Positions 1-12,045 of a DNA stretch of 64,000 nucleotides are shown here, piece after piece (position 1 is the first letter of the stretch; every line of letters starts with the position of its first letter). Made by a program: the position numbers and the translations under genes. The notes under the pieces are model-generated. The model was not told where the DNA came from and did no database searches. It saw nothing but the letters and a program-made list of their open reading frames with translations. This stretch comes from Eledone cirrhosa (Eukaryota): assembly GCA_964016885.1 (NCBI GenBank), contig OZ024742.1, positions 179,614,001 to 179,678,000 on the forward strand, given 5' to 3'.

Positions 1-780
1 ACTCTTTTATTAATTACCACTGATGAACTGTAATACTTCTAGAACCTACAAGGTAGACAAGTATTGTGCTCAGTAATTTGATTGCCGATGTCTCGAAATA
101 TAGTTGCTGTGACAATTCCTTAACGACATATACAGCATTGTGTTTCACAATTTCTTCTCGGTGATCAGTCAGTTTGTAATGATATTTTCTTTGAACATTT
201 GCAGTAGGTTCTGTAGTATAACAGTCTCTGGTTGACAGTTAATGATTTGAGAAGGAAGTAGAAAGTTCAGAATAGAAGAGAGAGAGAGGGACAGTAAAAG
301 AAAGACAGAGAATATCTATAGGAGGGAAACATCGACAGAAAGAAAGAGACAAAGAAAAAAGGGGAAGAGAGAGAGAAGGCTGTGTGAGAGAAGGGACTGG
401 CAAAAAGAGAGAGAAAGAAGAGGCTGTGTGAGAAGGGAAAGAGAGAGAGAGTGAGACAGTAAGTAACCACATGTTGTGATGAAATGAAAGAGAAGCAGAC
501 GACAACAATATGAAATATTAAACACGATATTAGAAAAATATTTTTGTAAATATGACAATATTTTATATATGCATGCATAGATAAATACATACATATGTTT
601 CAGGTATATTTATATATGTATATATTTTATATATACATACATGCATAGATAAATACATGCATATGGTTACAGGTATATTTATATATACCTGTAAATATTA
701 GAACTCCCATAAACTGCAACGAGGTAAATTTCTTTGATTTGATTTGTTTCAGATTTATTCAATTACAGATTTTCCATAGA

Positions 781-3700
781 ATGCCTCGAAAAAGCAAGAG
801 TCACATTGGAAGAAAAACAAGAAATGCTTTTACTTTGCGTTCTTTGCGCGCAAGCGAGACAGAAGAACAATGTATGCTACGGCGTGCTCGCAATGCTGCT
901 TCTACTTCGATCGCCAGAGCATTACAGACTGCTGAACAAGCAGAACTCCGGCTTGCTTTCGATGCTGCTTCTACTTCAAATAGCCGTGCTTTAGAGACTG
1001 TTGACCAAAGGGCAACAAGGTTTGCGGCTGATTCTCAACAGAAAATGCGTTCTTATGTCTTTCCGAGGATTTTTCTTGTTACTGGTCTAAGAAGGCTTTT
1101 CATTACAGCCTCCAAGAGGACTACGCATCCCACCCACATATCATCATTAGTAGCATGTCAACTGTTTGCGTCCATTGTAACGCAATGAGGTGGCCAGCAG
1201 ATTCTACCGGTATATGCTGCTCCAATGGAACAGTTAGATTGCCTCATTTACAAGTCGGTACCGAACCTTTGAATTCTCTGCTGCTTGGAGACCACCCTTA
1301 TTCTAAACACTTTCTTAGAAATATAAGAGCCTATAATTCGGCTTTCCAAATGACAAGCTTTGGTCATACACCAATAAAACATGGAAATTATATGCCCACA
1401 TTCAAAGTGCAAGGCCAAATTTACCATCAAATTTGCTCCATTATTCCACAAGATGGCGATGAACACAGTTTTCTCCAGATTTACTTTATGGGGAACGGAC
1501 CTGAAGAAACTGCACGAAGAGCTTCAGTTGCTAAAGGAACAATATCTTTTCTTCTGCAGCCCCTTCAATATATGCTTCATACCATAAACCCCTAAGTCAC
1601 CATTTTCAAAACTGCTTTTCAGCGTAGAGATGCTAACACCAATTAATTCAAGATTATTATTTAAGTTGACCGCGCTCCACCAGAGCAGCATCAGGGTTCA
1701 TTTACCAGACCCCAAACCGATGAAGTTGTGGTGCTTATAACAAGTCCTAAATGAGAGTGCTTCAAACCGTGATATTGTTCTTGAATGGCAGGACTCGCGT
1801 CTTCAAAAAATAAATGAACTTCATCCTGAATATGATGCCTCCAATATCGATTACTGTTCCCCATTGGCTACGATGGCTACCGCATTGACTTGCCAAAGTG
1901 TAATCCGGTAACTTTAATGCATCTTCAACCACGGAAAACCATTTCAAAAATGGAATTTTATGCATTTAGGCTTATTGTTCGCAAAAACGACATCAATCAA
2001 TACTGTGTAGACGTATTTGCTAAGGTAAATATTTCTTATTTTATGATTTCATTCAGAAAATTTCCTTAGCCAGTTCACTCAATATTTACCACAACAATTT
2101 CTTCCTTTTCCAGATTGACACCGAACGTCTCCAATGGATAAGACACCATCAAAAGGAACTGCGTTCAGAAGAATACGGCCATCTACGCGACGAAGTCAAC
2201 CGAAATGATCAGGTTATTGCTTCGGATGTTGGACTTTCTGTCATTCTCCCATCGTCATACACTGGAGGCCGCCGTTACATGCATGAAAACATGTAGGATG
2301 CTCTCACCTATGTCCGCCATTGTGGCCGTCCTGATCTTTTTATCACCTTCACATGCAATCCAAAATGGTTTGACATCCAGTCTCACTTACTTCATGGCCA
2401 AAATCCTTCACACAGGCATGATATCACATCTAGAGTGTTTCACCTAAAGCTTATAAAAATGATAGGTGTTATAAAATACGTACAACTTTTTGGACCAGTA
2501 AGGTGTTTCATATACACCGTAGAATGGCAGAAGAGCGGACTCCTACATGCCCATATTCTCCTTTGGCTTAAAAAAAAAACTCATGTCAACTGATGTTGAT
2601 TCCGTTATAAGTGCTGAATTGCCAAATCCCCAAGAAGACCCTGTCCTTTTTCAAATTATAAAAGCCAACATGATCCATGGACGATGTGGCCACCTAAATC
2701 CAAAATCTGCATGTACGATAATGGGAAATGTACAAAGCGTTACCCACGTAAACTTATCCATGAAACCAAAACTGGTGATGATGGCTACCCTTTATACCGT
2801 CGTAGGGCACCGCAGGAGGGTGGACATACGGCAACTATAACAATGGTTGGTGGTAAAGATTTCAATATCGACAACCGATGCGTTGTACCACATAACAAGG
2901 TGCTTTGTAAAATGTTTTCAGCCCACATTAATGTTGAATTCTGCAATCCAATACATATGCAAGTATGTTCATAAGGGAGCCGATCGAGCAGTTATTGAGT
3001 TGGCTAAGACCGATAACCCTGATGCCGCCACAGATGAAGTCACATTTTTCCAGACTGGACGCTATATCTCTTCTAACGAGGCATTTTGGCGCATATTTGG
3101 TTTTCCGATCCATGACCCTGCAGTTATTCACCTCAACGTTTTTTTGGAGAATGATCAACGGGTGTATTTTAACCAAGAAAATATGCTTGACTGTGCAAGA
3201 CAACCTCGAAGAACGACCTTTACCGGATTATTTGAACTTTGTACTTCTGACTCTCTTGCCAGAACACTTCTTTATGCGGAGTTGTCTACATTCTACACGT
3301 GGAATAAATCTTCAAAGAAGAAAGACAGGATGCATTTCACAAAAGGATGCTTCGATGCGTTAGTCTGATGCTCTCTCAAGAGTGTACAGAGTTCAACCGC
3401 TCAATTCAAAATGCTTTCACCTTCTATTCTTTCGTCTTCTATTGCACGTTGTCAAAGGTCCAACTTCCTTTGAAGACCTTCGTACCGTCAATGGCCATAT
3501 TTGTTCAACATCTAAAGAGGCCTGCTCCAAATTAGGTCTTCTCGACAATGATGACCACTATGACCACGCCCTCCATGAAGCATCAATGTTGCAGTCACCA
3601 ATTGCTCTTCGTAAGCTTTTCGCCGTTATGCTGGTGTAATGCAGTCTTGGGAATCCACAGTCTTTCTGGGAGAATATCGCGACAGCATTTACTTGGACAT

Positions 3701-5306
3701 CCTAATGCAATCTCGCTTCGCGTTCACACATATGAATTTACAGTTTATACCTGAAATGTACAACTGCGGTCTCATATTTCTAGAAGATATACTTATACTT
3801 TTGGAAATAGGTGGCCGTCCCTTGAAGAACTACTGTATGGAATCCCCTAAAAGAGAAAATGAGGCTGTTTGTAACCGCCCCCTACTAAGGGAGACATGCT
3901 ACGATGCTGCCAGGCTTCTGTCCTACGTTCAAGAAAGAGAAAAACTTTTGAATCTTGAACAAGCTGATGTCTATACTTTTGTTTTGACCATGCTTGAAGA
4001 CACCAGCGGTGGCATCCACTTCCTTGATGCGCCAGGTGGCACAGGAAAGACATTTCTCCTCAACCCCTTCTTGCCAAAGTTCGCCAACGTGGACAGATTG
4101 CCATTGCAATGGCGTCTTCAGGAATAGCAGCAACACTGCTAGACGGCGGCAGAACAGTCCATTCAACATTTAAGCTTCCCCTTAATATTGGTCATGTTGA
4201 AAATCTGACCACCAATATAAAGAAAAATTCTGATGAGGCTGCTGTCTTTCAAAAATGCAAATTGATTGTCTGGGACGAGGCAACAATGTCCCACAAGAGC
4301 AGTTGATGCGATCAATACAACGCTACAAGACCTGCGCTCCAACTCTAAACCGTTCGGTGGCGTCGTTCTGCTTCTTGCTGGGGATTTCCGTCAAACTCTT
4401 CCTATTGTCCCAAAGGGCCAGCCAGTTGATGAAATAGATGCTTGCATTAAACATTCTCATCTTTGGCGCTTCGTCCAGTCGAGAAAGTTAACCATCAACA
4501 TGCGATCGATTCTCCACCAACAAGACGGTGACAATTACTTTGCTTCAAAGTTTTTGGATGTTGGTAATGGGAACTTACCAATCGACATAAACGGTTTGGT
4601 TGACATAAGTACCATCGGTAACTACGTCTCCAGCCCTGAGGACATTTGCACAAGAGTTTACCCCGACCTCTCAAAAAATTACGTCAGTCATCAATGGATG
4701 TGTGAAAGGGCCATCTTAGCTCCTACAAATGCCACCGTCCAAGCTCTTAACACATGCCTGCTTCGTCAACTTCCTTCCCAAGAGCGATGTTATGCTTCGA
4801 TTGATTCGATTACGGATCCGACGCAAGTAACGTTTTATCCAACAGAGTTTTTAAACTCCCAAGAGCCATCGGGAATGCCACCGCATAAACTCTGCCTAAG
4901 ACTTGGAAGTCCCATCATACTCTTGAGAAACTTGGAACCTCCTCGGCTTTGCAATGGCACACGTTTGGTTATAACGCAAATGTTGGATGACGTTCTCGAG
5001 GCTACAATCATTACGGGAAAAGGCGCTAGCGACTCTGTTTTTATTTCCAGAGTTCCACTTATTCCAACTGACTGTGTCTTTCTGATGAAAAGAGTCCAAT
5101 TCCCCATTCCATTAAGTTTTGCAATGACCATTAACAAAGCCCAGGGACAGTCACTAAAAGTGATAGGGCTGGACCTCAGTACTCCATGTTTTTCACACGG
5201 ACAACTGTATGTGGGATGTTCAAGAGTTGGAAACTCGACCAATCTCTTTAACTACACTCCCGGAAGATTAACAAAAAATGTGGTTTACAAGGCAGCCCTC
5301 CAATAG
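781..5306 (+). pseudogene. Helitron Rep/PIF1-like helicase, frameshifted
   Basis: MPRKSKSHIGRKTRN start; zinc-finger-like CVHC..CCSNG; YNSAFQMTSFG; VEWQKSGLLHAHIL (HUH); FLDAPGGTGKTF; VWDEATM; GDFRQTLP; RLCNGTRL; FAMTINKAQGQSL; FSHGQLYVGCSRV. Many frameshifts and stops. Confidence 0.95.
2025..2113 (+). other. Spliceosomal intron inside the Helitron Rep gene
   Basis: AAG|gtaaat ... cttccttttccag|ATT; removing it joins QYCVDVFAK to IDTERLQWIRHHQKELRSEEY in frame, restoring a conserved Helitron motif. Confidence 0.85.
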
Positions 5307-5854
5307 TCTTTCCGTGGAGTTGAAAGCCCCTTCAGGTTGATCCTTATTGCGATTACTTACTTTTCACAATAGGTAATGTTACTCTTCCAACAAATGCCCA
5401 TTGATGAAATCAACCATTTATTCATTTCAATGGACAGCCTTCCACATGCCCCAGGTTATTTCATAATTCAATTAAACATGTAGTTTCTTACAGATTGCCT
5501 TCATGTCAACCGAACTGTCGTTTATGCTTTTTGTACCGATTCTTCAGCCATTCAGTCAATTAAACGACATTCCAAACGATATTTACATTTTTCTCTATTT
5601 TCACATTTTTCTCTATTTTCTATTTTCGATATTTCTCTATTTTCACATTTTAATGACAGATATCTGTAAATAAAACATGCTCTTTTTGAATACCGTCTCA
5701 TTTTTGATTGAAAGAGTTGATCACGTAAAATTATCCTCCATGTTAAACATCGACAAAATGGAATTTCACCATTAAGACTGCAGTCCTACCGAGAACTAAC
5801 ACCGTCCAGTGGACGGAGGGCATTTGCTAGTATATATATATGTTGTTATATATA

Positions 5855-6030
5855 TATATTGTTGTACTTGGGAAGGGTCATATTGTTATAATATTGCCAG
5901 AAATAATAACAAAAGACACTCACTGTTTGGTTTGGGTTGATTTTCGCTTCTGTATCTTTTATATCTCCATAGTTAATTTATCCGGCAATCAATGTTTATC
6001 ATTGATTGACCAGCAGTTAAAAATATAGAT
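5855..6030. repeat. Dispersed (TA)n-flanked repeat, copy 1
   Basis: Diverged reverse-complement copy at about 56860-57040 (shared taatattgccagaa, cactcactgtttggtt, ttttcgcttctgt). Confidence 0.75.
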
Positions 6031-6171
6031 ATAAATATATATATATATAGTCCATCAAATTTCTTTCGTCACACATCTGTGACATCATCATGTATATTGA
6101 TATATATATATATATATCAATATCAATATATAAATATATATATATAGAGAGAGAGAAAGAGAGAGAGAGAG

Positions 6172-6267
<96 letters not shown>

Positions 6268-6276
6268 TGTGTGTTT

Positions 6277-6607
6277 AATGGTAGCTATGATGCTTCCATA
6301 GGCGGTATGCCAGTTGGGCACTCTATGTTTTTACAGAGCAGAGTGTGATATAATATAAAACGAAAAATCAGTGATGCATCTTGACTCAATTTATTGTGTG
6401 TTACAATTGTTTCGCCAACAGACAGCTCGAGACGCGATCATTGTATGGATCTGTCTAATTCTAGAACTGCAGGTTCGTCGGACACAGTTCTAGAATCAGA
6501 CAGATCCATACAATGATCGTGTCTCGAGCTCTCTGCCGACGAAACAATTGTAACACACAATAAATTGAGTCCAGATGCATCACTGATTTTTCGTTTTATA
6601 TTATATA
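6277..6607 (-). mobile_element. Fold-back + tail element with HHR-like motif (family A)
   Basis: About 120-bp inverted arms (6348-6607) with a ~70-bp unpaired tail on the left; minus strand reads tgtgt-CCGACGA-61 nt-GAAAC-AATT-GTA-acaca; flanked by (TA)n; related to 32036-32425. Confidence 0.75.
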
Positions 6608-6650
6608 TATACATATATATATAAAACCTCTCTCTCTCTCTCTCTCTCTC

Positions 6651-6685
<35 letters not shown>

Positions 6686-6834
6686 TGACATGGCTTTAAA
6701 AAGGAGGCTGTTTGCATAATTGCAAACGAATCGAATATTATTATTAATATTCAAAAAGCTCAGATTATATTTATTGTATTCAGACATATAGAATAATAAT
6801 TTTTTTAAATTTATTATAATTTATATATATATCA

Positions 6835-6926
<92 letters not shown>

Positions 6927-7119
6927 ATATATATATAAATTATAATAAATTAAAAAAAATTATTATTCTATATGTCTGAATACAATAAATATAATCTGAG
7001 CTTTTTGAATATTAATAATAATATTCGATTCGTTTGCAATTATGCAAACAGCCTCCTTTTTAAAGCCTTGTCAGTAGAATGAGTCCCCTCATTCTTGCTC
7101 TTGTGTTGGCATGTAAACA

Positions 7120-7169
7120 GAACTGCAGACACTAATGTTTCTGGGTATCACCCTTCATCAGTGCAGTTC
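7120..7169 (-). ncRNA. Type I hammerhead ribozyme
   Basis: gaactgca-CTGATGA-aggg tgata ccca-GAAA-ca ttag tg-TC-tgcagttc: 8-bp stem I (further extended by aacag/ctgtt and gttggca/tgccaac), intact core, GUC cleavage triplet. Confidence 0.85.
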
Positions 7170-7458
7170 ACTGTTCCCTTGCCAACTGTCAGAGCTAGTG
7201 AAAATATATATTTTCTAAAATATACAGTGACTGATCCACCTGATTTGCATACTAGCTGACTGGCTGATCAGTCAGATCTGCATATTAGCAGATCCACTGA
7301 TCAGCCAGATTTGCATATCAGCAGACAGGCCAGTCAATTTCCTGTATACGAGCGATTAATGGCCGGCTTTGCCATATTAAAAAAAAAAAAAAAATATCAC
7401 TCTACAAAGCTGAATACAATAAATGTAATCTGAGTTTTTCGAATATTAAAATATTAAT

Positions 7459-7647
7459 AATTGTTTCTACTTTAGGCACAAGGCCAGCAATTACCCAGTT
7501 CATTACTGGTACTTTATTTTATCGACACCGTAAGGATGAAAGGCAAAGTTAACCTCGGCGGGATTTGAACTCAGATCGTAAAGGGACGTAACTATGCTGG
7601 AAAGCATGGCGTCCGACCCTCTACTGATACTGCCAATTCACCGCCCT
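7459..7647 (-). mobile_element. tRNA-type SINE
   Basis: Reverse complement of the 9515-9702 SINE; B box gagttcaaatccc; target duplication ttaaaatattaataa on both sides. Confidence 0.9.
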
Positions 7648-8066
7648 TAAAATATTAATAATAATATTCGATTCGTTTGCAATTATGCCAACAGCCTCTT
7701 TTTTAAAGCCATGTCAGTAGAATGAGCCCCTCATTCTAGCTCTTGCGTTAGCATGTAAACAGAACTGCAGGCACTAATGTTTCTGGGTATTATCCTTCAC
7801 CTGTGGGTATGGTTATACCATCTTTCCTTAAATTTAGATCAAGTGGCATCTATATAGTTATACGACTTACCATTAGTTTCAACAATGCACTAGATTACGG
7901 TCAAGTCATTTATTATTTAACGGGCAACATAGACTGTTCTTACAATTACAATTCTTTATGTTATTATTTGATGATAGAGCTCTACTATTAAGGTGTATGC
8001 TATTATTATTGTTTATGCTATTATCAATATTACTATTGTTAGTGTTGGGGGTTATTTCTATTTGAT

Positions 8067-8550
8067 TCATCCGTTGGATGTGTAATGTCAATGTACGTGA
8101 ACGACCAAGCATGGATGAGTTAAGAGAAAAACTGTGTATAAGAGGGATAATTTGTAGTGTGCGGGTGAGAAGACTGCGATGGTATGGACATGTGATGCGC
8201 ATAGAGGATGACCTCAGGGTAAAGAAGTGCCAAGAAATGCCAGTAGAAGGAAGATGGAGTAGAAGAAGACCACGAAAAATATGGGCGGAGGTGGAGAAAG
8301 CGGACTTCAGATTGCTGAAGCTCACGGAAAAGATGACGAAACCGTGACAAGTGGAGAGATACTGTGCTGAATAGGACCCGTTTTAGATATTACTAGATTT
8401 TTAATAGACATACTATCAAACTATCATACTCAACAACTATGAATATAGCCCAAAATATAGCAAAAATTACTAATCATCATCATCATCATTTTACGTCCAC
8501 TTTTCCCTGCAAGCAGGGAAAAGTGGACGTAAAATGATGATGATGATGAT
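8067..8550 (+). mobile_element. RTE LINE 3' fragment nested in the Penelope-like element
   Basis: RWMCNV..LREKL..RRLRWYGHVMR..RRRPRKIW; tail gtggacgtaaaa(TGA)n; TGATT shared at both junctions. Confidence 0.88.
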
Positions 8551-8639
8551 TAGTAATTTTTGCTATATTTTGGGCTATATTCATAGTTGTTGAGTATGAT
8601 AGTTTGATAGTATGTCTATTAAAAATCTAGTAATATCTA
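8384..8639. repeat. Near-perfect palindrome with ~125-bp arms spanning the RTE tail and flank
   Basis: tagatattactag...ttttccctgc / gcagggaaaa...ctagtaatatcta; arms differ by one CAT unit. Confidence 0.9.
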
Positions 8640-9320
8640 TGGGTTCTAGGGAAACATTTATCGAGAGCGCGAAAGAACTGTTGTTCTAAACTGGTTCTGA
8701 TTCCTGGGGATAGTGGTGGAGAGTACCATAATATAGAACAGGATCTGGCTTTTCTATTCGATTTGTTATTTTTTGTTTATATGGAAGTCATGCTGGTTAT
8801 AAGGTTGATTTATGTTATTAATATTAGAGGAATATTTCCTTTATAATAGGGGGTATAATTATCCTTATCTATGTAACTAATTCTATTAGAGTAGCCAGCC
8901 CTAGATATGGTATAACCATACGCATAATTTTAAAAGCATGGATAAGAAATTCTCAACTTCCCTATCTCAGTTGATATGGTCTCTAAAAAGCAAAAACATA
9001 GATTACTCATTATCTTGGCATAAGCTAGCTAACGCTTCACCATATGTAAACACTTCTATCTCAAAAAATATTGTAATATTTGTAATACAGAAAATCTTCA
9101 TATTATTAGTAATACAAAAACTGTTATTAATAAAAGAAATGAGATATATAGCGGCTGTTTACACTGAATTTCCAGATCATTTCCCAGAATATGTAGCTAA
9201 ATTTGTATATTTGTAATATGTATATGATTAATTTAATTGTCATCTATATATAGATATATAAATATAATTATGAGTTTTCTTAGATATATACATATATATA
9301 TATATCGTAAAAACATAATA

Positions 9321-9702
9321 AGTGGCATTATCGGTAGAGGGTCGGACGCCAAGCTTTCCAGCATAATTACGTCCCTTTACGATCTGAGTTCAAATCCCGC
9401 CGAGGTTGACTTTGCCTTTCATCCTTACGGGGTCGATAAAATAAAGTACCAGTAATGCACTGGGTAATTGCTGGCCCTGTGCCTAAAGTAGAAACAATTA
9501 TTTACATTCCTTGAGGGCGGTGGATTGGCAGTATCGGTAGAGAGTCGGACGCCATGCTTTCCAGCGTAGTTATGTCCCTTTACGGTCTGAGTTCAAATCC
9601 CGCCGAGGTTGACTTTGCCTTTCATCCTTACGGGGTCGATAAAATAAAGTACCAGTAAAGTACTGGGTAATTGCTGGCCTTCTGTCAAAAGTAGAAACAA
9701 TT
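9321..9702 (+). mobile_element. Two adjacent tRNA-type SINEs
   Basis: Each has tggca(g/t)tatcggtag, gagttcaaatccc and gactttgcctttcatccttacggggtcgataaa; the second is flanked by duplicated atttacattccttga. Confidence 0.9.
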
Positions 9703-9967
9703 ATTTACATTCCTTGACATAATATATTATATATATTATGCTAACATTATACGCCCCAATAATACATTCTTAGAATAATATAATTTTTATTGTAATTAAT
9801 CTGAGCCCTTCCCCTTTGTTTGTTTATATACTTATGTAACTACAACCCTAAATATGTATAACATATACCTTCATATTTTCGTAACATTAGAATGTAAGAT
9901 GTATATATCGATCTATATACATATATATAAGCGTATGTACATATATATTTGTGTATGTATATCTATA

Positions 9968-11856
9968 GCGGCGGCAGGCTTCGGACCCGTTTTCAGGGGC
10001 TGGATCAATGCCATGTACACTAGCCGCATCTGCTCTAGGGTTAAGGTGAACGGCTACCCCTCGGAGCCGTTCGAAATCGCGCGGTCCATCCGACAGGGGT
10101 GCCCTCTCTCCCCCCTTCTGTATGTAATGACTCTAGAGCCACTGCTGCGGAAGTTGGAGTTGTTGCAGGGCATCCCGTTGGAACCGTGATTGCGGAAAGC
10201 GGTGTCGGCCTACGCCGATGACGTAACAGTAATGGTGTCGACGGCCTGGGAAATCGGGGCGATCAGCACATTACTGGAGGAGTACGAAAGGTTTACAGGG
10301 GCTAAGCTGAACCTGGACAAGTCGATCGGTCTGCAACTCGGTACGTGGAGGGGCAGATCGATGCCCTCCGATGGCGTCGTCGGGCGCTGGACGGAGGGCC
10401 CGGTGAAGTTGCTCGGGGTCTGGTTCGGACCAGACCTCCAGGTGGAGAAGAACTGGGGTGAGGTACCGAACAGGGTGTTTGCACTGACCCAGAAGTGGGC
10501 CGAGTGCAAACTGTCCCTGAAAGGTCGGGCGGAGGTGGCGAACACTTATATAGCGTCCGTCATCTACTACCGCCTGACCGTTGTGCCGTGCTCAAAGGAA
10601 ACGCTCGCCAAAATGGAGCGCGCACACTTCCAATTCCTTTGGAAGAAGCGGGCTCTTATGGTGAGGAGATCCATCTGCTGTCAACACCCTTCGAAAGGAG
10701 GGCTGGGGATGCCGTGGCTAATGATACGTAAACACGCATTAAGGCTACGGCACCTCCAGGTATTCCTTACCGGTCATCCGGTGTGGGCCCCGTTTGTGAG
10801 GCCAGCCTTTCCCAGACTCGTCTCGCTCACCCAGCTGTAATCCTGGGTCAAGCAAAGACCGAGAAAACTGGGCGCCTGGCACACCGAGTGTGCCCAGGCG
10901 CCTACGGCTCTCTGGCAGGCGGACCCGGCTGTCAGTGGAGAATCGACCTCGTCATTCTATAGAGGGCTGGTGGTTAGCAGGTGCGACGACGCCCTCGGAG
11001 GAGCCCTAGGCATGGAGGAAGACGAACTGGCCAACCTGTTAGGTAGGTCATTCAGCCCGGGGCCCATGGATAACTTCCAGAGGTCCCTGGCCTGGCTGTG
11101 CTACCGAGGGGCTCTGCTCGTTTGAGAAAGGCTCTACAGACACGGGCGCCCGGGTAAGGACCCCTCGAAAAAGATCTGTCCCAGATGCGTGTGCGACGAG
11201 GAAACCGTTGCACACGCATTGGTACACTGCTCGGGCATTGCCGATCTGTGGGGCTATGTCGAACAACTGCTGTCAAGGGTGGGACCGATCCGGTTGACCA
11301 CCGAGTCTATTGTAACGATCAAGCCGCCTCCCCTCTTCAAAACGAAGGAGAGGCGGTGTTTCTGTGCGTAATAGCCATAGCGAAAGAGGTTGTATGGTGG
11401 ACGCGTCTGAAAGGACTGAGGTTAGACACCTTTCTCTCTGGCCAACAACTGGTCCGTTTCTTCCGATATCATTTCGGAAGAAGGATCAGGATGGAGAGAG
11501 AGGTGCTGCATCCCAGCCGTTTTTATGAAAGATGGGTGAAAGTGGCAAGAATGGCCCGTGTGAATGGGCCTTCACTCTACATCAGACTATAGGTGAGGAA
11601 GATGAAAGATCAAGGGAGCACCCCTCTCTGTGCTCACGAGGAGAAGGGTTGCACACTTTTTTTCGGGGGTGTGTGCGACCCCCCAAGGCGCCTCCTCCCT
11701 ATTGAGGATTTTGTTATTAAATTTATTTTTGTTATATTTTATTTTATTTTTATATCTTGTTATTGCCTCCTCCTTATTGAGGACGCCTTTTCATGTAAAC
11801 TCCCCCCATTCTACTTGTCCCACTTTTTGATGCCCTGGTGGCAAATAAAAAGAAAG
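9968..11856 (+). mobile_element. Tx1/L1-like LINE, 5'-truncated ORF2 (RT + C-terminal zinc finger)
   Basis: RSIRQGCPLSPLLY, SAYADDV, GAKLNLDKS, KLLGVWF, KGGLGMP, CPRC..ETVAHALVHC; in-frame stops; 3' end ccctggtggcaaataaaaagaaag. Confidence 0.92.
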
Positions 11857-12045
11857 TTATGTATCTATTTATATTATAGTATAATATCATATTTAAAGTA
11901 CTTGCAAACATTAGAAAGAAGAGACTTAAGATTTTCTTCTTCCCGAAGGTAATACAAATTAAATTATATAAAAAAAAATTGTTTAAATTAAAGAAATTTT
12001 ATATTAAAAAATAATCATTATATAATTTAGAAAATAATTACAATT

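Larger units (their letters stand above)
739..5830 (+). mobile_element. Helitron 1 (decayed autonomous type)
   Basis: Rep-helicase ORF fragments; 3' hairpin ccgtcca-g-tggacgg (5802-5816) followed by CTAG (5827-5830) and T. 5' TC end not identified. Confidence 0.93.
6683..7800 (-). mobile_element. HHR-bearing ~434-bp partial tandem repeat with an inverted copy across (TA)n
   Basis: 6683-6840 is the reverse complement of 6922-7076; ctgaatacaataaat recurs at 6976 and 7410; second unit is split by a SINE and truncated at the HHR core; another partial copy at about 25480-25650. Confidence 0.75.
7803..9170. mobile_element. Penelope-like element fragment (Naiad-like linker + GIY-YIG) with internal inversion
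   Basis: Minus strand, about 8760 to 7803: ILWYSPP..FFRALDKCFP..IFNRHTIKLSYS..CNCKNSLCCPLNNK*L..YIDAT*SKFKERWYNH. Plus strand 8907-9168 continues WYNHTHNFKS..TSLSQLIWSLK..ASPY..YCNICNTE..INKRNEIYSGCLH. Confidence 0.85.

Noticed and set aside
16-232. CTGATGA followed by a long imperfect hairpin at the window start
   Set aside because: No GAAA, stem III or stem I partner in the correct position; cannot call a ribozyme.
239-594. Minus-strand Leu/Ser/Phe-rich ORFs
   Set aside because: Translations of GA-rich low-complexity sequence.
6090-6278. YIYI/ERER ORFs here and at about 13047, 14302, 14706, 55806-56795 and 58938
   Set aside because: Artefacts of (TA)n and (GA)n microsatellites.
9515-9602. 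tRNA-like A and B boxes
   Set aside because: Spacing too long and no cloverleaf; it is the head of a multi-copy SINE.
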